Positions 36,128 to 47,581 of a stretch of 48,552 nucleotides of DNA are shown piece by piece. The position numbers and the translations under genes are program-made. How positions within the stretch are numbered: the stretch's first letter is position 1; every line of letters starts with the position of its first letter. The notes under the pieces were generated by a model. It was given only the letters and a program-made list of their open reading frames with translations. It did not search any database and was not told the origin of the DNA. The stretch comes from a bacterium (lineage in GTDB: Bacteria > Zhuqueibacterota > Zhuqueibacteria > Oceanimicrobiales > Oceanimicrobiaceae). The stretch is from positions 1 to 48,552 of the forward strand of contig JBHHXN010000020.1 of assembly GCA_046757025.1 (NCBI GenBank), in the 5' to 3' direction.

Positions 36128-38489
36128 ACTTTTCCAGATTTTAGAATTTGACAAAATCCTCACTCATATCAAAACATACGCTATCTCGAATATGGCCAAA
36201 AGCCAGATAGAGCATACGGAGCTGATGCTGGAGAAGAGGCAAATTCAAACGGCCTTAAACGAAGTGGCGGAATTGCGGAGCCTTCTCGATACCGACTCCG
36301 CTTTCCCTTTGCAGCAGATCTGGGACATACGCGATAGTTTAGAAATGGCCAGTGTAGCGGGCCATTATTTAAATTGTGAAGCGCTGGTGCAGATTGCGCA
36401 AAATATGATTACCTGCCGTAAAGTTAAATCTTTCATCCAAAATAGAAAAGAAAGCTGCCCAAATCTGAAACGTCATATCGATAACATAATTCTCTTGAAA
36501 GATGTCGAAAAAATGATTGCGGAAAAAATCGACTTCGAATTACGGTTGGTGAAAGACAGCGCCAGTGCCAATTTGAACAAAATTCGCAAAAACATTGCAA
36601 GGGCAGAACAGAATGTTCGGCGTACGGTGGACAAACTTTTCAGATCTTATTCGCAGCAAGGCATTTTGCAGGAAGATATCATCACCTTAAAAGATGGACG
36701 GCTGGTGCTGCCGGTGAAATGGGAAAACAAAGGCAAAGTGCAGGGATTGGTGCACGATCAGTCCGCCAGCGGCGCCACCCTCTTCATCGAACCGTATGCT
36801 GCGGTGGAAATCAACAACGAAATCCGCCGGCTGCGAGGCGAGGAATCGCAAGAGGTGGAACGCATTCTCAGAGATTTAACCGTGCTGGTCAGTGCAAATT
36901 TAGAAGCCGTTATTCAAAATCTGAGTGTGTTAGTGACATTCGATGGCATTCAAGCGAGGGCTAAATTTTCACAAAAATTAAACTGCGTACAGCCCGCTCT
37001 GAATGAGCAGAACACCCTTGAAATTTCAAAAGGCAAACATCCGTTGTTACTGCTTCGAAATGAAAACGACAAAACCGTACAGCCGCTGGACATGAAAATC
37101 CCCGCAAACATCCACACACTGGTGATCACCGGCCCGAATGCCGGCGGCAAAACCGTGGCCCTGAAAACCGTGGGACTGTTTTCGTTGATGGTGCAATCGG
37201 GCATTCCCATCCCGGCCGATGCGGACACCCAGATGCCGATTTTTCGTGCGATATTTGCCGACATCGGAGACTTCCAGTCCATTGAACAAGACTTGTCGAC
37301 TTTTAGTTCACGCATGAAAAAAATGCAGGATATTTTGGAGTACGCTGACTCAAGAAGCCTAGTTTTGGTGGACGAAATCGGCGTCGGCACGGATCCCGAA
37401 GAGGGTTCGGCGCTTGCCATCGCGTTTTTGGAAGAGCTGACCCGGCGCGGCTGTCTCTGCATCGTCACCACGCACCAAAGCGCCCTGAAAGAATTTGCTT
37501 TCAACACAGACCGAGTTGAAAATGGCTCCATGGAGTTCGAAACGGGAAGCTTGCAGCCCACTTACAAATTTAAAATGGGCATTCCAGGTTCCAGCTACGC
37601 CCTGGAAATTGCCTCCAGACTGGGAATTTCTCAAAAACTGCTGCACCGTTCAAAAGAGTTAATCGGCGCTGAAAAAAATTCTCTGGAACGGCTCATTCTG
37701 GATCTGGAAAAAAAGATGCAGGAGACAAACAAGCTCTCGCAGGAATTACAAATTGAAAAAACCCGGCTGCAGGGTTTGAATAATCTCTACTCAGACAAAT
37801 TAAAAAAAATCAAAAGCCAGGAAAAGTCTCTGAAAGAACGAGCGCTTTCAGACGCCGGAGAAATCCTGTCACAGGCCAATGCAGCCGTTGAAAAAGCCAT
37901 CAAAGAAATTCGCGAAAAACAGGCCCAAAAGCAGGCCATCGCATCCGCCCACCAGATCATCGCCGATCAAAAAAACAAACTACAGCGGGCTCAAAAAGCG
38001 ATCAAAGAAGACAAAACGGAATTATCTCCAGCAGTCAATTTGGCCATTGGCGAAGAAGTGTATTGGAAAAAAGTCAAAGCGTATGGCACCATTGTTTCCA
38101 AAGTTGATCAGGCTGATAAAGTGACCATTCAAATTGACAACTTAAAATTTAAAGTTCCCAAAAACGAGCTTTTTGCTGGTGGGAAAAAGTCCAGAACACG
38201 CAGCCAGTCGGCTTCGATCAAAATCAACACTTCCCTGAAAAGTGACGTCCTGCCGGAAATCGATGTGCGAGGCCAAACTCTGGATGAGGCGCTTGCTACC
38301 ACCGACAAGTTTCTGGATGACGCGCTTTTAGCGGGTTGGAAGCAAGTTCGCATAATCCACGGCAAGGGAACGGGGGTTCTTCGAAAAGGGCTGGACGAAT
38401 ATTTGAATCAGCACCCGCGTGTAAAAAATAAAAAAATGGGCGATTGGAATGCAGGTGATCTGGGGGTCACTGTCGTCGATCTCGAATGA
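36108..38489 (+). CDS. mutS2: Endonuclease MutS2
   Basis: LEFDKI, HDQS.SG.T.FIEP, GPNAGGKT, DIGD.QSIEQ.LSTFS, DEIG.GTDP; Smr domain IIHGKGTGVLR. Confidence 0.96.
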   Translation: MTTHLSELFQILEFDKILTHIKTYAISNMAKSQIEHTELMLEKRQIQTALNEVAELRSLLDTDSAFPLQQIWDIRDSLEMASVAGHYLNCEALVQIAQNMITCRKVKSFIQNRKESCPNLKRHIDNIILLKDVEKMIAEKIDFELRLVKDSASANLNKIRKNIARAEQNVRRTVDKLFRSYSQQGILQEDIITLKDGRLVLPVKWENKGKVQGLVHDQSASGATLFIEPYAAVEINNEIRRLRGEESQEVERILRDLTVLVSANLEAVIQNLSVLVTFDGIQARAKFSQKLNCVQPALNEQNTLEISKGKHPLLLLRNENDKTVQPLDMKIPANIHTLVITGPNAGGKTVALKTVGLFSLMVQSGIPIPADADTQMPIFRAIFADIGDFQSIEQDLSTFSSRMKKMQDILEYADSRSLVLVDEIGVGTDPEEGSALAIAFLEELTRRGCLCIVTTHQSALKEFAFNTDRVENGSMEFETGSLQPTYKFKMGIPGSSYALEIASRLGISQKLLHRSKELIGAEKNSLERLILDLEKKMQETNKLSQELQIEKTRLQGLNNLYSDKLKKIKSQEKSLKERALSDAGEILSQANAAVEKAIKEIREKQAQKQAIASAHQIIADQKNKLQRAQKAIKEDKTELSPAVNLAIGEEVYWKKVKAYGTIVSKVDQADKVTIQIDNLKFKVPKNELFAGGKKSRTRSQSASIKINTSLKSDVLPEIDVRGQTLDEALATTDKFLDDALLAGWKQVRIIHGKGTGVLRKGLDEYLNQHPRVKNKKMGDWNAGDLGVTVVDLE

Positions 38490-38508
38490 AATGAGTCAAG
38501 GAGAAAGC

Positions 38509-39309
38509 ATGTTTCTAGAAACCGCTATTCAGGCTGCTCGCTTGAGCGGCAAGATACTGATGGACAATTTGCCCGAGAAACAGCAACTTCAAATTGACCG
38601 CAAACAACCATTTGATTTTGTAACCCAGGTTGACCATCTTTCGGAAAACGCCATCATGGATTTTATTCGAAATCGTCACCCGAGGCACAACATCATGGCA
38701 GAAGAGTCTGGCGGCCAGCCGCCCTCGACCGGCTATTCCTGGCTCATCGATCCACTGGATGGCACCACAAACTTCATCCACGAATTTCCCATGTTTGCCG
38801 TTTCCATTGGCTTGCTGTACGAACATAAGGTGATAACCGGCGTGGTATTTGATCCGGTTCGTAATGAAATGTTTCACGCAGAAAAACACCGGGGGGCTTA
38901 CCTTAACGGCCGGCCAATCAAAGTTTCGAACACCCGCGATTTCTCTCGCTGTCTTCTAGCAACCGGGTTCCCCTTCCGAGCAAAACATTTAACCGACTCC
39001 TATTTTGAAGCATTCAAACAATTATTCCATCAGGTGAGTGATTTTCGTCGTGCCGGTGCAGCGGCACTGGACCTGGCGTATCTGGCCAGCGGCCGCCTGG
39101 ATGGATTCTGGGAATTGACGCTCAACCCCTGGGATATTGCAGCGGGGACGCTTTTGATAGAAGAAGCCGGCGGGCAAGTAACAGATTTGTGGGGTGGCGA
39201 CAGCCACCTGAGCAGAGGGCACATCGTCGCCAGTAATGGATTCATTCACAACAAAATTACACAGATAGTCGGAGCGGTTTTCTCCGATTTGCCGTCGTCA
39301 TCTATTTGA
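38509..39309 (+). CDS. suhB: Inositol monophosphatase family protein
   Basis: AEES, WLIDPLDGTTNF, R.GAAALDL, WDIAAG.L..EAGG. Confidence 0.92.
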   Translation: MFLETAIQAARLSGKILMDNLPEKQQLQIDRKQPFDFVTQVDHLSENAIMDFIRNRHPRHNIMAEESGGQPPSTGYSWLIDPLDGTTNFIHEFPMFAVSIGLLYEHKVITGVVFDPVRNEMFHAEKHRGAYLNGRPIKVSNTRDFSRCLLATGFPFRAKHLTDSYFEAFKQLFHQVSDFRRAGAAALDLAYLASGRLDGFWELTLNPWDIAAGTLLIEEAGGQVTDLWGGDSHLSRGHIVASNGFIHNKITQIVGAVFSDLPSSSI

Positions 39310-39315
39310 ATATGC

Positions 39316-39459
39316 ATGACTATTTGAAAAAATAGGCTTTCTCGAACTTGTTTCGGGATTCAGGCTGAAGCGTATTTTTTCATGGTGAGTCCCGAATAAA
39401 ATTCTGGAAACCATGATATTTCGTTAATAATCTAACTAAACAGATTTTCAACTGGTCAT
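39316..39459. repeat. Degenerate nested palindromic element
   Basis: Outer ATGACTATTTGAAAA / TTTTCAACTGGTCAT (13/15); inner GAACTTGTTTCGGGATTCA / TGAGTCCCGAATAAAATTC (15/19). Confidence 0.55.
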
Positions 39460-39763
39460 TCATACTTTGAGTAATTCACTCGAGGCGACTTGAATTGGCC
39501 AGAGAGCTTCTAACAATCGAGTCAAATATGTAAAAACAAATCGTAAAGAATCCGCAGTTACGTCCAACGTCACTCATCTTAAAACACGCCATCAATTCAA
39601 TCCACCCGCATTTTCCACTTTATTTTTACCTGTGGCATTCATTTCTTATTCGTTTCTACCGATAGATCACTTCAAGCTGAAGTCGGTTTAAAAGCTGCAT
39701 GTCATTTTATTCCTTGGGCATGCTGCATGGCACAACAACACTTCGCAAATGTGACAAAATTAT

Positions 39764-39790
39764 TAAGATTTTAATTCCATCCGTCGATAA
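39764..39790 (+). promoter_or_regulatory. sigma28/FliA-like promoter for hpt-STAS-rsbW
   Basis: TAAG-N15-GTCGATAA versus consensus TAAA-N15-GCCGATAA. Confidence 0.55.
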
Positions 39791-39874
39791 TTTGAATGAG
39801 AATTAAACATGAACTTGAACCGCAACCGATCAAAATTACACTGAAATCTGAATTTAATTAATTAGGAGATTATC

Positions 39875-40180
39875 ATGAGTGAAGAAAATGTAGTCTTTAT
39901 CGATGCTGATTTGGAGGATTTGACGCCGCTTTTTCTGGAGAACCGACAAAACGATATTGTGGAAATCAACAGATTGGTGGAAGCGTCCGATTTTCCGGAG
40001 ATTCAACGACTGGGGCACAGCATGAAAGGGTCGGGCGGTGGTTATGGATTCGATGAAATTACCCAAATCGGGCATGAGCTTGAGGAAGCGGCACAACGAG
40101 GCGATAAAGAAACGGTCATTGAATTGACCAACCGGCTTTCAAAATATCTATCTTCAGTTAAAATCGTCTATCAGGAATAG
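39875..40180 (+). CDS. Stand-alone Hpt phosphotransfer protein
   Basis: GHSMKGSGGGYGF..I..I...LE. Confidence 0.93.
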   Translation: MSEENVVFIDADLEDLTPLFLENRQNDIVEINRLVEASDFPEIQRLGHSMKGSGGGYGFDEITQIGHELEEAAQRGDKETVIELTNRLSKYLSSVKIVYQE

Positions 40181-40237
40181 ATCCCTGAAAGGGGTATCGC
40201 AGGCAATTTAAATTGTATAAACATTCTCGGAAATGAT

Positions 40238-40582
40238 ATGAATTTAAAAGTTGATGAGCAAGGCCATATCTTATTAGTCAAGATTTTGGAACCGCGATTG
40301 GATGCGGCTATTTCATTGGATTTTAAAAACAAAATGTCAGAATATATCAAAAACGGCCACAAATCTATTTTAATCAACTTATCCGAAGTGGATTTTATAG
40401 ACAGCAGCGGTCTGGGAGCCATGGTAACGAGTTTAAAATTACTGGGAGAAAAAGGGGGGATTTCGATTTGCGGCGTACGAGAAACCGTGAAATCCATGTT
40501 TAAACTCACCAGAATGAACTTTGTTTTCAACATTTTTGAAAATGAAAATGAAGCTCTAGCAGAATTATCCAAAAACAATTAG
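40238..40582 (+). CDS. STAS-domain anti-anti-sigma factor
   Basis: RLDA, NLSEVDFIDSSGLG (phospho-acceptor Ser), F.LTRM. Confidence 0.93.
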   Translation: MNLKVDEQGHILLVKILEPRLDAAISLDFKNKMSEYIKNGHKSILINLSEVDFIDSSGLGAMVTSLKLLGEKGGISICGVRETVKSMFKLTRMNFVFNIFENENEALAELSKNN

Positions 40583-40593
40583 TATAGTGCCAC

Positions 40594-41031
40594 TTGAAAT
40601 CCATAAAATTTACTATTCAAAGTCAATTGCAAAACGTACCGCTGGTGGGCATGGCGGTGAATAAAATTTGTTCGGTGTTGTCTATTTCCAATCTGGAGGC
40701 ACACCAGATCGAGCTTTGCATTGTTGAAGCTTGCACCAACGTGATCAAACATGCTTACCACAACGATCCTTCTCATAAAATCGAAATCCAATTAAATATT
40801 TGTCAGGATAGAATCGTTTTTGTGATATGCGATACCGGTTTGAAGATGACTCACAAACCCAATCCCTCCATCGAATTCGACCCGGGCAACCTCGAGCAGT
40901 TGCCGACTGGTAAAATGGGATTGTTTATCATAAACGAAATCATGAGCAACATCACCTACGAAAATCAAAACGGCATTAATATTCTGACCCTTACGAAAAA
41001 TCTGCACGCGGATATGTCAAATCCGTTTTAA
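40594..41031 (+). CDS. RsbW/SpoIIAB-like anti-sigma Ser/Thr kinase
   Basis: EACTNVIKHAY, DTG, GKMGLFII..IM; TTG start. Confidence 0.9.
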   Translation: MKSIKFTIQSQLQNVPLVGMAVNKICSVLSISNLEAHQIELCIVEACTNVIKHAYHNDPSHKIEIQLNICQDRIVFVICDTGLKMTHKPNPSIEFDPGNLEQLPTGKMGLFIINEIMSNITYENQNGINILTLTKNLHADMSNPF

Positions 41032-41243
41032 ACTACCCTAAATTCCTGCATATTTTTTTCCTGTTTCCCTATTTTCTGGAAACATCTTAATTTTTTAAAC
41101 AAAATCCGGCATTAAGTTGTTTTCAATTGAAATCGCCGTGGCACTGGCGATTCTACCTTTTTGAGCTTCAATTCGATTTACTATGCGGCCACAAAATCGG
41201 CAGGCAGCTCGAAGCGTTTTTTTAACAATTTGCCGGATGTTAA

Positions 41244-41270
41244 TAAAGCAAAAGTTTAAAATGACGATAA
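41244..41270 (+). promoter_or_regulatory. sigma28/FliA-like promoter for the REC-PP2C gene
   Basis: TAAA-N15-GACGATAA. Confidence 0.6.
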
Positions 41271-41342
41271 TTTTGATATTCAGCAAATTTAATTATTTAA
41301 GGCATTTAGTTAACTAAAATTTAATCTATCTTTTCCACTGTC

Positions 41343-42545
41343 ATGCAGATACTCATCGTTGAAGATGACATAGATACTTTGAATCTTTTAACGGTTTTCG
41401 TACAGAAATTTGACAATACCGTTTTAACCGCTCGCAACGGCGTCGAAGCCTGGAAAATTATCCAGAAAGAGCCGGTGAGCATGGTGATCAGCGATTGGAT
41501 GATGCCGGAAATGGATGGCTTGCAGCTTTGCAAAAAAATTCGCTCCACCGATCTGAAAAGATACATATATTTTATTCTCCTGACCACCAAGAATTCAACC
41601 AACGAGCTCATTGCAGGTATGGAGGCCGGTGCGGACGATTTCATCGTTAAACCGTTCAATCGTGGGGAGCTTAAAGTAAGAATCCGAGCTGGTGAACGCA
41701 TCATTGAGCTCGAAAGAAATTTAGAGGAACGAAATAAACGCTTACGCGAAGCTTACCATACGATAAACAAAGATTTGAAAGCCGCAGCCGCCATGCAAAA
41801 GAGTCTTCTACCCACCGTTGAGACGGAAATCGGCGACATCCATTTTGAGTGGCTGCTTCTTCCCTGCGCCGGCATCGCCGGTGACATCTTAAACTTCTTC
41901 CGATTGGATGAAAACAATATCGGCTTTTATTTGCTGGACGTTTCCGGGCACGGTATTCAGGCCGCCATGCTGTCGGTCACGCTAAGTAAACTGATTTCGC
42001 CCTCTCCTATCCAGGGAAGTCCGTTGAAACACTTTACTTCCATTCCACCCTACTACGGCATCACACCGCCGGCATTAGCGATTTCAGATCTCAACAATCG
42101 CTTTCAAATCGATCACGACTATATGCAATACTTCACCATCATTTACGGCACCATCCATCTCAAAAATGGCATCATCCGGTTGTGCCAAGCTGGCCACCCC
42201 TCGCCAATTTTCCTGAAAAAAAAAGGCAAGATCTCCTTGATCGGTTCCGGCGGATTTCCGGTGGGCTTGTTAATGGATATGAAATACACCCAGGTGGAAT
42301 TTGATTTCCAGCCAGGAGATCGCTTGTTCCTTTATTCCGATGGCGTCACCGAATGTACAAACCAGGCAAAGATGCAATTTTCACAGCAACAATTGATACG
42401 CTTAATCAAGAAATACCGCTCACAAGCGTTGAACGAAGTGCTTGAAAATATTAAAAATCAATTATGTAAATGGAAAGGAAACAATGATTTCCAGGACGAT
42501 GTTTCCATTCTGGCGATTGAAAGGAAAAAATCAAAAAACACTTGA
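41343..42545 (+). CDS. Response regulator receiver-PP2C (SpoIIE/RsbU-type) phosphatase
   Basis: REC (VEDD, DWMMP.MDG, KPF), coiled coil, GD, DVSGHG, AGHP, YSDGVTE, DDVS. Confidence 0.93.
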   Translation: MQILIVEDDIDTLNLLTVFVQKFDNTVLTARNGVEAWKIIQKEPVSMVISDWMMPEMDGLQLCKKIRSTDLKRYIYFILLTTKNSTNELIAGMEAGADDFIVKPFNRGELKVRIRAGERIIELERNLEERNKRLREAYHTINKDLKAAAAMQKSLLPTVETEIGDIHFEWLLLPCAGIAGDILNFFRLDENNIGFYLLDVSGHGIQAAMLSVTLSKLISPSPIQGSPLKHFTSIPPYYGITPPALAISDLNNRFQIDHDYMQYFTIIYGTIHLKNGIIRLCQAGHPSPIFLKKKGKISLIGSGGFPVGLLMDMKYTQVEFDFQPGDRLFLYSDGVTECTNQAKMQFSQQQLIRLIKKYRSQALNEVLENIKNQLCKWKGNNDFQDDVSILAIERKKSKNT

Positions 42546-42943
42546 AACCAAAGCATGATTAACAACAGAATTCATGAGTGACACGATGTTAAAAAGGGAC
42601 GGTTCTTTTACGTTGCTTTTCTAATTTAGATGAAAGGAGTAATTTTTTTTCAGGAGAAAACTCCCGCCGAAAAATACGGATGGATTCGTACCACTGCTTT
42701 GATCAAAACCAATTTACATATTTGATTGATAACTGTAAAAATATGTGTAATCGATTACAATCATTTCCAAATTTCTGGAAGGCAATTATCGTCGCGGCGA
42801 ATTATTCCGCAAGCTTTGAATGGATAAACGCATTCGCCTTCACGTGCCATCTCAAATCACGCATAACCATGCACGAAAATTAGCTGGAATTGAATGAGAA
42901 TCCTTAACCGCTATAAAGTGAAGCACCAATTTGGAGAAAGGAC

Positions 42944-45900
42944 ATGAAAGTCAATTTTCGTCATAAACGGGTTAACGAAAACATTTTGAAATATCTGACT
43001 TACTCTTCTCTTTTTGTCGTCACTCTCTGGACCCTTTTTGTGGCGGCATCCCTGGCCTGGAACCTCTACAGGCAAAAATCCGAAACCGATGCCGTGGCCC
43101 GCGCCACCGCTATGAGCTCTTATGAGAAAGACGAAATTTACCGGCAATGGAACATAGTACACGGCGGTGCCTATGTTGCGGTGCCAAACGATTCGTCAAT
43201 TGTCCACCCCAACGATTTGCAAGATTCGCTCATCCTCGCCACATCCGGGTTAAAATTAGTCAGATTGAGTCACGCCGCCATGGTCAACGAGGCTTATGAT
43301 CTGGCCGAAGTCAGCAGGGGCATGCGGGGACATATCACCAGTTTATCAACCACCCACCCTGCCTTTCAACCCGATGCTTGGGAAAAACGCGCACTGCAAG
43401 CGTTTGAACAGGGCGTCGAAGAATATGCAACCACCGCTAAAATCAACGGTCAATTTTATTACAGATTTATGCGGCCCTTAAAAAGTGAAGATCGATGCCT
43501 GCCGTGCCATGCGGATTCGGATATTTCAGAAAACGACATTCTTGGCGGCCTCAGTGTTTCCACTCCCCTTGCTATCATCAATCAAGCCGGGGGAAATCAT
43601 ACGTTCGCCAACTGGCTGGGATACAGTTTTTTGTGGCTGGTGGGTTTGTGTATCATATTCTGGACTCGTTACCAGCGTCACAGCAAAATGCTAGCGCTCC
43701 AGCAAAGCGAGTCCACCTTTCGCACGCTTTCCGAATCCGCACCGGTGGGCATATTTCAAACAGATGCCGAGGGCAAGTACATCTATGTCAATCAGCGCTG
43801 GAGCGAAATTACCGGCCTTTCTGCGAAAGACGCCATGGGAGACGGCTGGTCAAAAGCGCTGCATCCGCAAGATAGAGACAAAATTTTCGCTGCCTGGCAG
43901 CAGGCCGTAACACAAAGCGGCCTTTTTAAAGAAGAATACCGGTTTCAAAAAAACAACGGTGAAATAAATTGGGTTGCCGGTAATTCCACTATTTTGCGAA
44001 ACGAGAAGGGTGAAACGCTAGGAGTACTGGGGACGATTTCCGACATCACCGCTCTCAAACGTACGCAGGAAAAACTGCAAATTCAAATAACTCATTTTGA
44101 GCATCTTTTTGAAAATTCACCGGAAGCCATCGTCCTGTTAAGCCAGGATGATCGGGTGCTCAGAATTAACAAAGAATTCACAAAGCTTTTTGGCTATTTG
44201 CCGGAGGAAGCAGAAAACCGCTGCATCGACGAATTGATCGTGCCCTCCGAGTTGTCAACTGAGGCGGACACCTTAACCCAAAAAGTCATCGGTCAGAAAA
44301 ACGTTCACATCGAAACCGTGCGCCGGCACAAAAACGGCCAGCTCATCGAGGTGTTGATTCTGGGTACGCCCATCTATATCGACGGCAACCAGATCGGCAT
44401 TTATGGCATTTACCAGGATATCACGGAACGCAAAAAGTGGGAAAAAGCCCTGCAGGAGAGTAATGAAAAATTTCGAACCATCAGCGCCTCGGCACAGGAT
44501 GCGTTTTTGATGATCGACGATCAGGGGAACTTAACTTTCTGGAATGCCGCTGCGGAAAAAATGTTCGGTTATTCCGAGGTCGAAGCGCTGGGGCAAAACG
44601 CCCATTTACTCATCGTTCCGGAGCGATTTCATGAAGCGCATTTTAAAGCTTTCAAAAAATTTCAACACACCGGAGAGGGGGCAGCAATTGGGCAAACGCT
44701 TGAATTGATGGCTTTGCATAAAAAAGGTTTCGAATTTCCGGTGGAACTGTCGTTGTCGGCCATCCCAATTCAAGGAAAGTGGCATGCCATCGGCATTATC
44801 CGGGATATCACAGAGCGAAAGAAAAATGAGGAGCAATTAAGACAATTGTCTCAGGTGGTGCAGCAAAGTCCCAGCTCGGTGGTCATTACCGATCAGGATG
44901 GCACTATCCAGTATGTCAATCCAAAATTCACGGAAACCACCGGTTACTCGGAAGAAGAAGTCCTCGGGAAAAACCCCCGCCTCTTGAAAAGCGGTAAACA
45001 AGGACAGGAATTTTACGCACAACTCTGGCAAACCATCAACGCCGGGGAGGAATGGCGCGGTGAAATTTGCAATCGAAAAAAGAATGGCGAGCTGATCTGG
45101 GAACAAGTTGCCATATCGGCCATTCGCAACGCCGACGATGAAATCACCCATTTTGTGGGCCTCAAAGAAAATATTACTGAGCTCAAAATGGCGCAAATCG
45201 CCATTCAGGAAAACCGCCGACAACTGCAAGCCATCATGGATAATACGCCGTCTGCCATCTGCCTCAAAGACCGGCAGGGGCGTTATCTCCTGGTCAATCG
45301 CAGCTTTGAGAAATTATTTAGCCTTGAAAAAGACGCTTTTTACGGCAAAACGGATTTCGAGCTGCTGCCCCCGGAAATTGCTGAAAAATTCCACGCGGAT
45401 GACCAGACCGTCCTAAAAACCGAAAAAACCCTGGAATTGGAAGAGGAGTTAAAACACGATAAAACACGCTTAACTTACCTGACGGTTAAATTTCCCATCT
45501 TTGATATCCACGGCAAATTGACCGGCGTTTGCGGTATTTCTACCGACATTTCAAAAATCAAAATGGCGGAAAAAAGTCTTCAAAAAGCGAAAAAGGCGGC
45601 CGAGGAAGCAAACCGGGCGAAAAGCGAATTTCTGGCCAACATGAGCCATGAAATCCGTACCCCACTGAACGCCATCATCGGCATGACCGAGCTCGCCCTT
45701 GATACCGATTTAAATTCCGAACAACGTGGCTACCTGAATGTGGTGGAATCGGCCTCTGAAGGACTGCTGGTTTTGATCAACGATATCCTGGATTTCTCTA
45801 AAATTGAAGCGGGACAGTTGGTGCTGGAGAACATCGATTATAAATTACGGGAGGTGGTGGAAGGAGCCGTGGAAATTTTTAGTGTGAGAGCAGCGGCAAA

Positions 45901-47572
45901 AAACATCGAGCTGCTCGGTTATGTGGAGCCCGGAATCCCGCCCATTCTGACGGGCGATCCCACCCGGCTGCGGCAAATTCTCGTCAACTTGCTGGGTAAT
46001 GCGCTGAAGTTCACGGAAAAAGGGGAAGTGGCAGTAAAGGTGGAATCGGTAACCGGCAACGGCCACCGAGCAACTAACCAGGTAAAACTGCATTTTCAGG
46101 TTAGTGATAGCGGTATTGGCATCGCGTCCCAAAATTTGAAAAAAATCTTCGAAAAATTCCGCCAGGCCGACAACTCCACAACCCGTAAATTTGGCGGTAC
46201 AGGACTGGGTCTCAACATCTGCAAATCGCTGGTAGAAATGATGGGCGGCAGACTTTGGGTGACCAGTCAAGTGGATAAAGGCAGCACCTTTCATTTCGAA
46301 ATAACCGCTGCCATCGGAAAAAGCGGCACTTCGAAGGCCGAGTTTTCCTATCCGAATTTTAATCAAACCCACATATTAGTGGTTGATGACAATGAGACCA
46401 ACCGGATTATTCTGAAAAAAACCCTCACCGCCTGGGGATTTCATGTCCGGGAAGCACAGAGTGGTCAGCAAGCGCTGGCGATGTTGCAAGCTGCCAAGCC
46501 AGAATATCATCTGGCGATTCTGGATCAACAAATGCCGGGAATGGACGGCATGGAGGTGGCACAGAAAATCAGGCAAAACCCGCGCTACCGGCAATTGAAA
46601 ATCATCATGCTGTCATCCATCGGCAGAATCCAGTCGAAATTTATTAACGAAAATCAAATTGCCCATTTCATCGCCAAACCGGTGAAACAGTCTAAACTGT
46701 TCGATATCCTGGTAAAAACCTTGCGCTATGAAAAATCCAGAAAAAGCGCTCAGAATACCGAGAAGACAACCATTGCTCGAACCACATTCAAAAAATATAA
46801 GCGGATTCTGGTAGTGGAAGACAATTTAGACAATCAAGTGCTGATCGAAAAGGTTTTGCAAAAAGCCGGCTATGATGTGGGCATCGCTGAAAACGGACAG
46901 GCAGCGGTGGAAGCGGTCAAGCAATTTCGCTACGATCTCATTCTCATGGACATTTTCATGCCCAAAATGGACGGCTTTGAAGCCACGCACCATATTAGAG
47001 CGTGGGAAAAATCGAATGACTTAAATCACACCCCCATTGTGGCGCTCACTGCGCATGCCCTGGAGGGCTATGAAAAGAAGTGCCTCCAAAACGATATGGA
47101 CGATTACATAACCAAACCCATAAAAAAGAAGATTCTGTTTGAAACCATCGACAAGTGGATCGATACCCGCCTGACCATTTTGGTCGTAGAGGATAACCCG
47201 GATAATCTGAATCTCCTGAAAAACTATTTTAAAAACGTCTCGAAATACCAGGCGCTGTTTGCAGAGAATGGCAAAGAAGCGCTGGCCATCGCTCAACGCC
47301 AACCCCTGGCTTTGATTTTGATGGACATGGAAATGCCGGTGATGAACGGTTACGAAGCCACCAAAGCCATCCGACAGCTCGAGAGAGGCCGTAAAATCAA
47401 AATTATCGCACTGACAGCGCATCAAGGGAAAACTGAAACCGATAAGTGTTTGCAGGCGGGCTGCGACGACTATCTTTCCAAACCCATTAGAAAACAACAT
47501 CTTTTTAGCAAAATCAACCAGTATCTGCACTTTCCTCAAGAAACCGAAGTCCGGATACTTCAAACCACTTAA
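42944..47572 (+). CDS. Hybrid sensor histidine kinase: TM, extracytoplasmic CxxCH domain (DUF3365-like), TM, 5 PAS, HisKA/HATPase, 3 REC
   Basis: CLPCH; five PAS/PAC units; [32 protein letters not shown]; three receiver domains (VVDDN, VVEDN x2). Confidence 0.93.
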   Translation: MKVNFRHKRVNENILKYLTYSSLFVVTLWTLFVAASLAWNLYRQKSETDAVARATAMSSYEKDEIYRQWNIVHGGAYVAVPNDSSIVHPNDLQDSLILATSGLKLVRLSHAAMVNEAYDLAEVSRGMRGHITSLSTTHPAFQPDAWEKRALQAFEQGVEEYATTAKINGQFYYRFMRPLKSEDRCLPCHADSDISENDILGGLSVSTPLAIINQAGGNHTFANWLGYSFLWLVGLCIIFWTRYQRHSKMLALQQSESTFRTLSESAPVGIFQTDAEGKYIYVNQRWSEITGLSAKDAMGDGWSKALHPQDRDKIFAAWQQAVTQSGLFKEEYRFQKNNGEINWVAGNSTILRNEKGETLGVLGTISDITALKRTQEKLQIQITHFEHLFENSPEAIVLLSQDDRVLRINKEFTKLFGYLPEEAENRCIDELIVPSELSTEADTLTQKVIGQKNVHIETVRRHKNGQLIEVLILGTPIYIDGNQIGIYGIYQDITERKKWEKALQESNEKFRTISASAQDAFLMIDDQGNLTFWNAAAEKMFGYSEVEALGQNAHLLIVPERFHEAHFKAFKKFQHTGEGAAIGQTLELMALHKKGFEFPVELSLSAIPIQGKWHAIGIIRDITERKKNEEQLRQLSQVVQQSPSSVVITDQDGTIQYVNPKFTETTGYSEEEVLGKNPRLLKSGKQGQEFYAQLWQTINAGEEWRGEICNRKKNGELIWEQVAISAIRNADDEITHFVGLKENITELKMAQIAIQENRRQLQAIMDNTPSAICLKDRQGRYLLVNRSFEKLFSLEKDAFYGKTDFELLPPEIAEKFHADDQTVLKTEKTLELEEELKHDKTRLTYLTVKFPIFDIHGKLTGVCGISTDISKIKMAEKSLQKAKKAAEEANRAKSEFLANMSHEIRTPLNAIIGMTELALDTDLNSEQRGYLNVVESASEGLLVLINDILDFSKIEAGQLVLENIDYKLREVVEGAVEIFSVRAAAKNIELLGYVEPGIPPILTGDPTRLRQILVNLLGNALKFTEKGEVAVKVESVTGNGHRATNQVKLHFQVSDSGIGIASQNLKKIFEKFRQADNSTTRKFGGTGLGLNICKSLVEMMGGRLWVTSQVDKGSTFHFEITAAIGKSGTSKAEFSYPNFNQTHILVVDDNETNRIILKKTLTAWGFHVREAQSGQQALAMLQAAKPEYHLAILDQQMPGMDGMEVAQKIRQNPRYRQLKIIMLSSIGRIQSKFINENQIAHFIAKPVKQSKLFDILVKTLRYEKSRKSAQNTEKTTIARTTFKKYKRILVVEDNLDNQVLIEKVLQKAGYDVGIAENGQAAVEAVKQFRYDLILMDIFMPKMDGFEATHHIRAWEKSNDLNHTPIVALTAHALEGYEKKCLQNDMDDYITKPIKKKILFETIDKWIDTRLTILVVEDNPDNLNLLKNYFKNVSKYQALFAENGKEALAIAQRQPLALILMDMEMPVMNGYEATKAIRQLERGRKIKIIALTAHQGKTETDKCLQAGCDDYLSKPIRKQHLFSKINQYLHFPQETEVRILQTT

Positions 47573-47581
47573 AAGGAAAAT

